DNA of 64,000 nt from positions 1,054,001 through 1,118,000 of the forward strand of contig MU058718.1 of the NCBI GenBank assembly GCA_013265495.1. The letters run 5' to 3'. Numbering within the stretch: position 1 is the first letter of the stretch; each line of letters starts with the position of its first letter. The position numbers and the translations under genes were made by a program. The notes under the pieces are model-generated. The model was not told where the DNA came from, searched no databases, and saw only the letters and a program-made list of their open reading frames with translations. This DNA is from Vicugna vicugna. Lineage: Eukaryota. This document shows, piece after piece, positions 13,560 to 26,262 of this stretch.

Positions 13560-15700
13560 AAATTTGTTATTTAAAAAATTACATCTGTATGCACAAATAC
13601 AATTTTAAAAATGTATAAATGTGAGGATGTTTCACACCATTTTATTGGTATGTTCTGTTTTATTATTTCTTTTCCACTTTTTCCATACCCTCCTTTACCC
13701 ATAGTCATCAGCCCTTGCCCTGTAACCCCTAATGATGACCTGGTTTTAATCTCCCATATTTTTCTCCATGCTTTTACAATCAAATGAAAATGTACACACA
13801 CACATATATGTATTTATTCATACAAAGTTTTAGCAACTTAAAAATAAGCTAGGAATACATTATATCCAAGTTTCTGTGTCTTGCTTCTCTCAGAACACCT
13901 TTTAGAAATGCCTGTGAGTCATCTGGTACATGTTTGCTTTATGATGTTGATGTACCATAATTTATTTAATTGTTATTGATGGGAATTCGTTTGGCTTGCT
14001 TGTTTATCTATTACCCAAAACGCCCAACAGTAATCATCTTCATACATTCCTTTTGTGTTGGTGTTTTTGATAGATCCTGAGGAATGGATTACTAAGCCAA
14101 ATGGACATATGTCCTTTTACTTTGAATAGATTTTGCCGTTGTGCTTTGCCAAAAGGGTCATAACATTTCCACCAGCAAAGCAGGAGCCAGTTATTTTCTT
14201 CATTAACCCTAGGTGTAATATGTTATCTCTCTTTTAAAGTTTTTCTCTTCTGAGAAGTGGAAATGATGTCCCATTGCTACTTTAATTGCATTTCCGTGAC
14301 TACTGTTGAATGTGAGAATTTTTGCATTTGTTAACCATATCGATTTGCTTTTCTATGACTCATATCTGTTGTAAGTCTGTAATATCTTTTGTCACTCAGA
14401 ATATAGATTTGTTTTTTCTTTTATAGCATCAGAGTTTCTAGTGCTGGTTAAGGCCTCCCTAACTTTAGGTTGTACATAAGGTCTCCTGGATATTACTGAA
14501 ATTTTTTTTTTTCCATTTTTGTCTTCAATATGTTTGGAGTTTGTTTTTGTATATGGAGTAGAGTAATATAGGAGTCCAGTGTAAGTCTTCCTATATCTAG
14601 TCCCTTGTACCAGTTCTTTTGGCAACATAATTCATTTGTGTGCACTGAATTGAAATACCATGGTCATATATTAAATACTCACATGCATAGAGATTTATTT
14701 CTGTATTCAGATCTATTTATCCTTACCTGTACCATGCTGGCTTGATTATAGTGGTCTAATTTAAATTCTGATACCTGGGAGTCATGTGCTCTCTTTTCAT
14801 ACTTTTCTTTATTCTTGGGCATGTATTCTTCCACCTAGTCTTTTTAAAAAAAAACATCTTTATTAAGGTATAATACCCCACCAATGGGAGCTGGATGGAA
14901 GACGAGAACTCCCACCTCTTGGAAACACTCTCTCAGAACTTAGCCTCAGCTACAGGTGACTGGGTAAAAGTTGAGAAACGCTGACATCCTGCACCTCGAG
15001 GGAAGATAGTCATATGACCGGGAGCTCAGGGGAGAGGGAGCTCTGGGTTCTTAGCTGCAGCAGTGTGGAGCAGAGACTGGGTTTGCTGGGCTTGGAGAGG
15101 GAAGGGAGGGGGTAGTCTTGGTTCAAATAACATAGACTCTCTTAGTTCTTACCAAATTTTAGTAGATTTTCTTGAGCAGATGTTTCTTCACTTGCTATAT
15201 GCCCATAGACCTGTTTCCAGAGATGTTACATTTTTTTAAAAGCATTTTTCACCAGTTTTTCTGCTGAGCAGGTCCATGGTACTCCACACCCTGTCATGCC
15301 AGAAGTTGATCTTTCATTTATTCTTAGAGATAATTTTATCCAGTTAAAGTCAAAAGCCTGTTAGGATTTTAATTAGAATTAAATTTTGTATTAATTTGGG
15401 GAGAAGTTCCATTTCTGTGATGTTAAGTCTTTGCACCTAAAAACATCACTTGTCTTTCCAATTGCATAGATCCTTATTTATATCCTTCAATGAGACATTA
15501 TACATGTTGGTCCTGAGGCTTTCATTATACTTCATTCTTTTGTAACTTGAAATTTGGTCACGGTGTATTTTTCTGCATATTCTTTTCAAGAGATCTACTG
15601 TTAGTTACAAATAGAAGTTACTGACTTTACGTATCTATCTTATACTTGACTACCCTATAAAGTTCTCTTATTGATTCTAGTAATTTTGTTTAAGCTAGAC
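13560..15700 (-). mobile_element. Old decayed L1M fragments (3'UTR/ORF2), with an L1 5'-like piece at ~14880-15310
   Basis: T-rich L1-antisense motifs (ACATTTCCACCAGCAA, TTTAATTGCATTTCCGTGACTACT, TTTGTTTTTGTATATGGAGT); minus-strand ORF piece TPYTKTNSKHI is an ORF2 remnant. Confidence 0.7.
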
Positions 15701-15977
15701 TCTTTTAGCAAAAGAAAGGTTTTTAAAGGCAATTCAACTTTAAACAATAGATGTTAAAAAAAGGTGCCCCAAATTTAGCAAGTAGAATTAGAAAAGGTTT
15801 TTAAACTTCTAGGTTTATGTTTAAGTGCCAGTGAACATTTCAGATATTAATCTAAAAAGGCACCCAAATGATGGGTGAAGCTGGTGGGGTTTTCATGACC
15901 ATATCATAATTTTTTCCTCCTATTACAAAGTACTTAACCAATGAGGTGTCTTAAGTTTTGCTTTAAAAAGACTACTT

Positions 15978-17307
15978 TTAGTGATATTGAGCATTTTTTC
16001 ATATGCCTATTGATCATTTGTATTTCCTCCTGGGAGAATTGCTTGTTTAGGTCTTCTGCCCATTTTTTGGATTGGGTTGTTCTGTTTTTTTTCTTATGAA
16101 GTCGTATGAGCTTCTTATATATTTTGGAGATCAAGCCTTTGTCGGTTTCATCATTTGCAAAAATTTTCTCCTATTCTGTAGGTTGTTGTTTTGTTTACTT
16201 ATAGTTTCCCTTGCCGTGCAGAAGTTTAATTAAATCCCATTTGTTTATTCTTGCTTTTATTTCTATTGCTTGGGTAGACTGCTCTAGGAGAACATATATG
16301 AGATGTAGGTCAGATAATGTTTTGCCTATATTTTCTTCTAGGAAGTTTATTGTATCTTGTCTTATGTTTAAGTCTTTGATTCATTTTGAGTTTATTTTTG
16401 TGTATGGTGTAAGGGAGTGTTCTAGCTTCATTGATTTACATGCTGCTGTCCAGTTTTCCCAACACCATTTGCCGAAGAGACTGTCTTTATTCCATTGTAT
16501 ATTCTTTCCTCCTTTGTTGAAGACTGGTTGACCAAAAGTTTGTGGGTAGTTTGGTGCAGCCACTGTGGAAAACAGTATGGAGATTCCTCAAAAGACTAGG
16601 AATAGACTTACCATATGACCCAGTAGTCCCATGCCTGGGCATATATCCAGAAGGAACCCTACTTCAAAAAGACACCTGCACCCCAGTGTTCATAGCAGCA
16701 CTATTTACAATAGTCAAGACATGGAAACAGACTAAATATCCATCAACACATGACTGGATAAAGAAGATGTGGTGTATTTATACAATGGAATACTATTCAG
16801 CCATAAAAATGACAACATAATGCCATTTGCAGCAACATGGATGTTCCTGGAGAATGTCATTCTAAGTGAAGTAAGCCAGAAAGAGAAAGAAAAATACCAT
16901 TATGAGATCTCTCATATATAGAATCTAAAAAAAAAAAAAAGAACATAAATACAAAACAGAAACAGACTCATAGACATAGAATACAAACTTGTGGTTGCCA
17001 AGCGGGAGGTGGTTGGGAAGGGATAGACTGGGAGTTCAAAATTTGTAGATACTGACAGGCATATGTAGAATAAATAAACAAGATTATACTGTATAGCACA
17101 GGGAAATATATACAAGATCATGTGGTAGCTCACAGCGAAAAAAATATGTGACAATGAATATACGTATGTTCATGTTTAACTGAAAAATTGTGCTCTACAC
17201 TGGAATTTGACACAACATTGTAAAATGACTATAACTCAATAAAAAAATTAAATATATATATTCCTCCCTAAAAAATATATATATATATTCCTCCCTAAAA
17301 AAAAAAA
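15978..17307. mobile_element. Young L1 with 5' inversion (twin priming): 15978-16547 minus, 16546-17307 plus
   Basis: ORF2 remnants switch strand at ~16546 ([12 protein letters not shown] on minus; [14 protein letters not shown] on plus); poly(A) tail; approximate TSD AAAAAGACTACTTTTAG (15965-15981) / AAAAAAACTATTTTAG (~17301-17316); TT/AAAA endonuclease site at 15963-15968. Confidence 0.92.
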
Positions 17308-17519
17308 CTATTTTAGAGATTAGAAATGGAAACTTATTCAAACTATTTCACATGAAAAAACTTGTATATTTAGGATGCGGAGTTCAGTGACTGATGGAAA
17401 AAAACAATCATGACTCAGGAATAGATGTGATTAGAGCATTCACAGTACCTCAACTGTAGGTATTCTTGTATCACATCTCTATTTCAAGTGTTTGGAAATA
17501 GCAACTTGCACCTTGGATT

Positions 17520-17740
17520 TCATGAACCCCCTCCCTAACTACCCTTATTTTTTTCAGAGACCTCATCACTTTCTAATATACTATGTTTACTTACTATTAT
17601 TATTTTTGTTGCCTTCTCTCATATAATGCAAACTATGAAGCAAGGAATTATTTTTTTCATTTGTTGATTGATGTATAATTAGTGTGTAGAATAGCCTGAT
17701 ATAGGAGCTTAGTAAATATCTGTTGAATAAATAAATAAGT
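17520..17740 (+). mobile_element. L2 3' end
   Basis: TAGAATAGCCTGATATAGGAGCTTAGTAAATATCTGTTGAATAAATAAATAA terminus. Confidence 0.65.
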
Positions 17741-19044
17741 GAGATATCTTCCCATATCTTCAGATTTAAAGCTATCTTTAACATTAACACAGTAATATTT
17801 CAATTTAGCAAAGCAATATAGTTATTGCTTATATTGACCTTTTTATATTGATGATAACTATAATTCATGCTATGATATAACACAGATCAGAGTATTTAAA
17901 ATAATTCTGTATTCTAGTTAATTTTCCAAGATCTAAATCTAAATATAACATCTAAAACTTCTAATAGAAAATAAAGCCATTTTTTGTCTATTCAAAAAAT
18001 AAAAGACCACTTTTACTTATAACCAACAGTGAATATTTCATATGGATATGAAGGAGCCTTGATGACTGAAATAAAATGGATATTGAGCTCGGAGGGCTGA
18101 GGTTTCCATCCATTTACACACTGTCAGCAATTTTCCTTTATTGAATATATGGAGAGGTGAAACTTTGTCACATTGGTTTGAATGAAAATATGAAATTGAG
18201 ATTTCAGTGGTTTAACAGGCCATTCTCCCTGCCTTGGAGACAGCCAGGATGCATTAAACATACAGATCATCCACCAAATGGTGGGAATGGAGGCTGCTGT
18301 GTTTCTTCTCTCTCTCTGCCCTGTCTTCTCTTTCAAAGTCTCTCCTTTCACCTAACACCCCCACCCCTCAGTTGCACTCCCACCTCCTTCAGGTATGGGG
18401 CAAGTCAGCAAATCTACAGTGGAGCAGATGCCCAACCAGGGGACAGAGTGAAGCCTTCACTTTGTGTAGGCCACCGCAGTGCTGATTCTCAGGAACCCCC
18501 TCAGCTCCCTTTGAGATAGGGGTGGGGAGAGGACACCTTGAGGGAGAAGAGGAAACTACCTCACCATGAACACTGAACTCCCTGCAAATGTGGCTCTCTC
18601 TACTCCTTTCTTGTTTCCAGTCTTCTGTAGATTGGTTAGGAAGGGGATGGGGTTTGGGGTTTCATTTCCCAACCTCCAAATCTCCTAGTAAACTTGAGAG
18701 GAAGTTACCTGTTCCTCTTGTGGGTGGCTCTCTTTAGTTTATGGGTTTCTTTAGTTTGAGGGGTATCTGTAGGCTTAAATGATAATTCCAGGGCAAAAGG
18801 AAATGTTCCATGCAGCATACCCAAACATCAGCAGGAAGTCCTTCAAAAGATTCATGGGAGATACGAATTTTGCATTAAAGTTTATTGATCTTTCTGGCTC
18901 ATATTCAGTACAAAAGTCACTGGGAAAGTGATAGTTTAATCAGGATCACTTGTTTCTCACAAACTATAACCATAATTTGAGTGATGACAACAACATAAAA
19001 AAAAACCCCAGTGTTATCTGTGATGCATGTTTCTGATTTATAAT

Positions 19045-19245
19045 GCTTTCAAATATATGCTGTTATTGAATCCTCTCAGATTAAGTCCATGATTAAGGCT
19101 GGGAAAGATGTGATTATTATAAATTTTCACAGATATAAAATCGTGGTTCAGCCAAGTTGAGTGACTTGTCTAAGATCTTGGAACTAGTATGAGGTGGTGT
19201 AGGAACAGAAGTCATTTCTTCTGACTTCTAGTGTTCTTTCCACAC
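19045..19245. mobile_element. MIR SINE
   Basis: ATTTTCACAGATATAAAATCGTGGTTCAGCCAAGTTGAGTGACTTGTCTAAGATC resembles the MIR core. Confidence 0.6.
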
Positions 19246-19409
19246 TCAGAACCCCAGCTCAAAGGCAGCTCCCAGCAGTGACCTATTTAATAGCATCTTT
19301 AGTCATTAGCTGATTTAGTGAAAACCCTCTATGTGAATTAGGTGTTCACTCATAGGATTAACCCTTGCTAGTCCTTTGGCTTCATGTATTACCTTGTGCT
19401 AGATATCTT

Positions 19410-19915
19410 TTAGTAGTTCCTCTGAATTATCTCCCCCATTCTCTACCCTGACCTGTGCCATGGGAAGCTGACTTTTATGGACTCAATCAGTGGATTCACT
19501 TGCTCTCTGGCTTGTGCTTGAGTTTCTACAAAGGGGAGCATTTGCACAAGTTTAGAGGATGGAAGCAGCATGAGTTTGGGCATTTATCCTAGCATCCTCT
19601 GAAGGTTGGAAAATCTATTTGCTTGAATTCTGGCCAAAGGAATTTAGATACTCTAGTTCTAGAACATTCACTCTTAATCTTCCCCCATATACCAACTGAA
19701 TGTTTAAATTCAGAGCAACCTCAGAAACTGTGGGTCAAAGATGGTAGAGCGTTGCCCATCTGGGTCCCTATAGGTTTGTGTGGAGGGAGCATAACTCCTA
19801 TCCCCTGCCCTGCCAATTAGATCTTATATGTGTGAGAAATAAGCTTCTATTGGATTAGTCACTGAGATTTGGAGGTTAGCTGTTTAGCAGTTAGTATTAT
19901 TCTTACTAGTACACT
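19410..19915 (+). mobile_element. Old LTR remnant(s) (MLT1/LTR16-like)
   Basis: 3' part TGTGAGAAATAAGCTTCTATTGGATTAGTCACTGAGATTTGGAGGTTAGCTGTTTAGCAG resembles an MLT1 end. Confidence 0.5.
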
Positions 19916-20487
19916 TCATCTGGTTTGTTTTGAGTAAGTTACACCTATCACTCTTAAAAGATTTCCTTTAAAATACTGAAATTCACAGTTCATGTGACAG
20001 TAGTTTCACATCAGTAGTAGCTTTTACATTTTCTGATTGTTGATGCATGACCCTCTTAATATGTTGTCATTGATAGTTTTAAAACATTCCTCTAAGGGTA
20101 TTTCAGCCCACACTTGTAAAAACAGACTTGCCCTCAGTGTACTCAAGGACAGAAACTAGAAAAACTGTTAGTATTACTGACATCATGATTTGATGAACTC
20201 TTGATTCAAAATTGCCATCACACTCATCTGAATAGATTTGACTATGCCATATAGGCTTGTCCTTGGTTTTTACAATATTTATACCCCTCTTAGAGAGCTA
20301 TAGGGACTGTGACCTATGACCTTGTGAGTGGTGAATCCTTGTGTCCTTTTCCTGGCCTTGTTGTTTTTTTTATCTCTCTCTTTTACTCCACCAGGTTGAC
20401 ATTAAAAGTATCTACACCATTTTAACTCTAACCTGTCATCTAAATGAGATGAAATATTTAAAGCACACAGTAGGTACTTGCCTCACA

Positions 20488-20512
20488 TGTATGTGTGTGT
20501 GTGTGTGTGTGT
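20488..20512. repeat. (TG)n microsatellite
   Basis: TGTATGTGTGTGTGTGTGTGTGTGT. Confidence 0.9.
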
Positions 20513-20694
20513 ATCTCTGTTTATCAATGTGGCTATTTATTCATCCATCCATATTTTGAAATAAGTCACATTCTCTTCTATATCATGGATTCTTGAGGGA
20601 AAAACTATATCCAAGCTCCACAAAGGATTCAGTAGATGGGTGGAGTAAAATGTGGCATCTTAGCTTTTTGAGTTGCTTCCCAGTCAACTCTTTT

Positions 20695-21383
20695 GTATTA
20701 GTTTTCTATTGCAGTGTAACATGTTACCACAAAATTTAGCAGCTTCAAACAACGGCCATTTATTATCCCAAGAGTTCCTTCAGGTGAATAGTCTAGTCAT
20801 GGCTTAACTGGGTTCTCTGCTCAGGGTCCCATAGGCTGAAGTCAAGATGTCAGCCAGGCTATGTCCTTATCTGGGGACTGGACTGGGAAGAATCTGCTTC
20901 CAAGCTCATTCAGTTTGTTTGGAGTATTCATTTCCTTGCAGCTGTATAGTTGAGGTCTCTTATGTTTTTGCTACCTGTTGGCCAAGGACCACTCAACAAC
21001 TAGAGGCTGCCCTCAGGTCCTTGTCATGTGGCTCTATCACAAGTCCTATCATGGCATGGCAGCTTACTTCTTCCAAGCAAGAAAGATTCTCTTTCTAGCT
21101 TGGGTTGTCTGACAATCAACCCTCTTTTACAGGAAGAGCTCACCTGATTAGGTTAGGTTCACTCCTACTCTAGATGATCTCCTTTCATTAACTTAAAATC
21201 AGCTGATTTGGGCCCTTAATTACATCTGAAAATGCCTTTACCTTTGCCATATAGCTTAATATAATCATGGAAGTTATATCCGTCACCTTTGCCATATGAT
21301 ATTGATTGGTTCCATATGCTCTCAGAGGAGGGAATTATACAAGGGTGTGAGTCATTGGGGGTCATCTTAGAATTCTGCCTTTC
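20695..21383 (-). mobile_element. MaLR solo LTR (MLT1D/E-like)
   Basis: TGTATTAGTTTTCTATTGCAGTGTAACA...TTTAGCAGCTTCAAACAAC...CTTAATTACATCTGAAAA...GGGGTCATCTTAGAATTCTGCCT. Confidence 0.85.
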
Positions 21384-23899
21384 ATCCTCCTTCAAACTGG
21401 TTTGTGCATTGCTTACTCCCTGCCCTTGTTGGCACTTGGACAGTAGAGCTTTCATGATGAATGAATGAGAGGGTGATAGATTCTAGGCTCTTTGGAAAGA
21501 GAAGCCATACAGCAATGTGGTAAATACTACAAAATAGCCTCATGAATACCTTGTCTATACTAAACTCTTAAGTAGATTGAGATTTCCACCACTCTACAGG
21601 TTGTCGTGTAGATGTTGCTGCCTACGGGTGACAGTAAGTAAGAGGAGATCGTGAGACACAGTGTTAGAGATAGAAAATCTTTATCTAGTTGAAATAACTA
21701 ATTCTTACTGACCTTCTTAATATTTTTGAAAGCTTTTCAGGAATCTTGGGGAGAATCCTTAATTTTAAAAAATGCCCCTGTTCAAATGTAAGCTATCTGA
21801 ATTTCTGCTCTAGTGAACAAGTCTCCTTAAAGTTTTCTCTAGGGCCACATTGAGAGGAGCCTCTTACTAAGGACCATGCAGTATGTGCTTGTGTGTATGT
21901 GTGGAGGGAGAGTGGAGATAAGAGGAGAGAGAGGGCTTGCTTTACTCAGCAACAGAGTCTATTCTCTATTACTTTCGAGTTTCAAGAGAGAGGACCCTGA
22001 ATGCAGAGAAAGAAATATGTAAAGAAATTACTTTAAATGAAGTATAGATTTGTCAGGCTTGACCTGCTAGATTATTTGAAGTACAACATTAAAAAAATAA
22101 CAAAGACTTGATTTTTTTCTTCTACTCCCTACCTCTAGGTATTTCTTTATACAAGAACTTCTGGGGTTTTATATTCCAAGATTGCCTCCAGATGGTTTGA
22201 AGTGTTCTCTCTCAGCCATTTCCTAGTGGCATTTCTTTCTTACCTGGGGAGAGGTACCACAGAGATCAATGCCAGAGGGCATTATTGAAAACATTGACCC
22301 AGAAGGCACACTCCAGGCCACTGGAAGCATCTGCTTCACAAATGTCAGGCTGGGGGACATCACCAGATGTTGGTGTTGAAATACCATTTAGAAGACAAAC
22401 ATTGACTCCAAGGGCCAAAGGTCACCTAAACAAAGAGCCAGACCGGCCGTGAGGCTCAACGTGAGGGTACAGAAACTAGCTTCCTGTGGCCAGGACTCTC
22501 TCTGTGTTCTAGCTCACAGCTCATCAGACTTGCCAGGACTGTACAAACTTCCTGCGTTGTTTTCTGAGGCTTGGATTCCAAGTCCTATCTGGTATAATAC
22601 TGGTTGGGAGGAGAGGACAAGGGAGTCAGCAAATGGTAGGATAGACACAAATTTAACATGCAGATAAGAAAATAATTTCTTTTCATGTGGGATCTGATAC
22701 GTAATTTAAAACCCACTACATTAGAGGATTTTTAGGGTGTCTCACCAATGCCGTAGGGTCAAGCATTGCATTCCTTTTCCTTGTGTTGAGGAGGATGCTC
22801 AAACAGCTTTTCTGAGAATGAAAGGCTGAGCCTCCTTTGCCCTTTTTTGTTTACTGCTCTTGTCCATGTTCTTAGTTCTATCCAGTTTGGAGGTCAGGGG
22901 ATTATGAGCAGGTGGGCAGAGTATGTTTCTCACTATTCCTTTTTATTCTGCCTGAGTCACACATTCTTTTATGCTTATGTATTTGAGACATGCTCACAAA
23001 TGGTATCTTGTGGGATTCAGACTGAGAATGCGAGTTGGGTCAAAATGGAGATTAGGATAGAAAGATAAGAATGAAGAAAGGACTGGATTCCTGCTTCTTC
23101 ATCTAAATATGTTAAGACACTGAGAAACCAACAAGATGCTGGCTTGACTATGAAATGCCTTGACCACCATGCTGGGAATTTGGAGACTTATTCATAACCT
23201 TCCCAAATACTTTATTATACCAGGAATGATCAAGATCAATCAAACTATTGCAGTTTAAGTATTCTGTTCTGTATCTGGGCAACACTCTCCCAAAAAACAA
23301 TCTTTGATGTAGAGCAGATTTGTAGAGAATTATAAAACAAAAATTACTCACCCGTTAAATATTTTTCACAGGCCTGAAAAGAATACGATGTGGTAAAAAT
23401 CAATAAAATTGGCATTCTTCTTTTTCACTCATCTGGCACACATTGTTACTTGGCTCAGGTGAGAAGACTTGTAAGAGTGATGACAGTATATTTGAAATGT
23501 TTTTCGTTTCAATAGAATGTCTTTTTGAAGAATCTTGGACTTTCAGTCTTTTTTTTTTTTAACTTGAGAGAAAGTTGAGGGATTTAACAGTTGTTTAACT
23601 TTTTAGGCACATAGCAACAAACCAGTAAAAGAGCTGAAAGAGCTGAGACCAAGCAAGAATCCTCAAGTTTTTTGACTGACTGACTTCATCAGAAGAAAGA
23701 AATTAGAGTTGGGTTGCTCTGTTCTGGGCCTTCAAGGTTGAAGTTGACTGAGTGTTGATGATTCCAGTCACCTTTGGGATGACTAGTGGGTGCTGAGGAA
23801 AGAACTGTTTCCCATGGAGGATACAGAGCTGGCATCTGTGGGCTTATTGGACTACTTCAAAACACATAACTGCCTCTTTAAATGAATGAGTTGTTCTCC

Positions 23900-24478
23900 C
23901 AGAGGCCCAATTCTCTACTTTAAGCCAGAGAATTTACCTGGACAACATCCATTTCCCTGTTTCTGGTAAAAAAAAATACTCTGATTTTTCATGGGAAGCT
24001 ACCCTTCTTGCACTGTCAGAGCATATTGCTAGGGTGGAACTCTGCTCCACTCCACGCTCCAGGCTTGGCCACCCCAGGAAATTATATTCTTCTAGCTGCA
24101 GTGACTGGCTCAGGATGGGCATGTGATCCAATTATTGTGAAGGAGGCTCAGTTCTTGGAAGTAGTTGGAAAAAGAGAAACTCTTTCTGTAGAGGGTTGTT
24201 GAGAGGATAGAAAAATGGCCTGGAACTCCTGGCTTCCATCTTGCCACTATACTGGGGGACCCTGCCAGAGAATGGAGCCAGATTAGAGGAAGGCTGAGTC
24301 AAGGCACAGAGACTCAGCTTCATGAAAAATTGTTTGAGCACCTGGATCTAGCTATGGCTGAGGCCAGAATATCCTTAGACTTTTGTTTTAATGAACCAAT
24401 AACTCCCCATTTATGCTTAAGGTAGTTTGTTTTCTGAATGAAAACAAACTTGCAGCAAAGAGAGCTTTGAATAACACA
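23900..24478 (+). mobile_element. Old MaLR LTR (MLT1J/K-like)
   Basis: GTGACTGGCTCAGGATGGGCATGTGATCCAA...TTGAGCACCTGGATCTAGCTATGGCTGAGGCCAG...GAACCAATAACTCCCC...TTGCAGCAAAGAGAG. Confidence 0.7.
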
Positions 24479-25399
24479 TGTCTAAACAGGGAGGAGAAAT
24501 GAAATATCCTTTTACTCTTTCCCATGTTTTCAGACATACTACACTATTTTATTTTGAAGGAAATCATTTATCTCCCTTAGTAAAGCCAAACTAGATAGTC
24601 TAAAATTATCACTGAGGGAAGGTCTTCACATTGGGAGGGAACCTTGAGCCCCAGATTTCACCTTCCCCTTGGAGATTTCTTGCTCATACTACTGCTGCAA
24701 TCTACATTAAAAAAAAAAAACCCTTCTCTTCTCTTAATAAACATATGTCTGGGTTCTGCAAGACTGGAAATGCGGGGAGAATTTCCCTGTTGAAGGGACC
24801 AGCTGGACCTCATAGCCTCAATGCCTGTTCCCCTGATGTTTGTCTTTCATTGATATTATTAAAAGAGTCAGCATGTTTCCTCACAGGCTTATGTTGAGCA
24901 GATGAAGAAAATGGGCCACCCCCACCTCTTGCTCCCCTGACCTGCCTCATCCTCGCCCAGGATTTATATGTATAATTGCACAATCTCTCCTTTCCTCTGA
25001 CCATGATGAACCAGGGCAGACAGAAGGAGCAATTGTTGCAATGACACACTCCATGCTGCCTTGCTCTTTTTCTTTTCTTTTCTGCTGCTTTTTGGGAACC
25101 TCTCCCTTCAACTTCTTATTTGATATTTATGTACTCAGTTTGACCTTGAAAACATTTTAGGACTTAGAATGAATCAAGTTGACTTTTTTTTCTTTTCCAG
25201 CGAAGGTTTGGAAACATATTCCACCACTGTTCCATTTTTACAGAGTCCCTGAGCACAATATTCCTCCATAAAATAAACTTGATTACAACCAAATCTTGAT
25301 GAGATGCCCTTCTCTGTTGAAGGTGGATGTTCGGTTATATGTGATATTGTCTGCTTTGAAACAACTGGCCGTGACAGTCCTGACACTGGTACTCTAACA

Positions 25400-25541
25400 C
25401 ACTGGTGGAGCTTTTTGCACTCAAGTTGTCTGGTTCTACTGATTATTCTGGAATCAGAATTTCTGTGGTGGGCCCAGTTATATGCACTTTGAAAAGACTT
25501 CTGAAGGTAATTCTGAGGCACAGTCAGGTTGAAAACCACTG
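25400..25541. mobile_element. MER5-type hAT-Charlie MITE fragment
   Basis: GAATCAGAATTTCTGTGGTGGGCCCAG...AGGTAATTCTGAGGCACAGTCAGGTTGAAAACCACTG terminus. Confidence 0.75.
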
Positions 25542-25629
25542 GACCACAGCCTCAGGTCTTGGGGGATTCAGAGTCGAAACTAGTCAAAGCTGATTTTGAG
25601 TTCATTAAATAAAATGTAGATTTTTGCTT

Positions 25630-26068
25630 TCATTCCCTACTTGTTTTGGTTGCCTAAACTACCCCAATATTCAGTGGCTTAAAACAACAGTGATTTATAA
25701 TTTCTCATGTGTCTACAGATTCTCTCACTGTTCTGCTGTACAGGGTATCAACAGGGACATAGCAACAGATGGAAGGTCCAAATGGCCTTACGCCCATGGC
25801 TGGCAGTTCCTACTAGTCTCTAGCTGGGAGTTCAATGGGTGCTGTGAACCAGGGTTCTTGAGTCTCTTCCACATGAGCCTCTCCACATGGTGGCTGGGTT
25901 CCAAGGAGGTGCATTCTAAGAGGATAAGTATAAATGTGCAAGGGCTAATCAAGCTTTGCCAAAACTCATCACATAGCCAAGCCTAGAGTCAGTGTGAGAT
26001 GGGATGACACAGGGGCCTGAATTCTGAAAGCTGTGGTCATTAGGAGCACCAGATTTCAGTCTACCACA
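25630..26068 (-). mobile_element. MaLR LTR (MLT1H/I-like)
   Basis: AAACTACCCCAATATTCAGTGGCTTAAAACAACAGTGATTTAT...TCACATAGCCAAGCCTAGAGTCAGTGTG...TCTACCACA. Confidence 0.7.
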
Positions 26069-26262
26069 CCACCTTCCCATGTCTTCACACTAAAGATCCA
26101 GATGGAACCTATTACAATGCCTTGCACATAGTAATTCTCAAAGATACTGAATGAATTAATATACTTTTCCAGTTGTATATTCCCTTTCCTCCCTTCAGAG
26201 CTCTATGGTCCAATGAAAACGTGTGTAAATGCATATGTGACGTATGTGTGTGTATGTGTGTG

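Noticed and set aside
25174..25539. 121-aa minus-strand ORF and a strong plus acceptor at 25200
   Set aside because: The ORF starts inside a MER5 element and resembles no protein I know; the plus-strand sequence after the acceptor has stops in all three frames and only a weak donor
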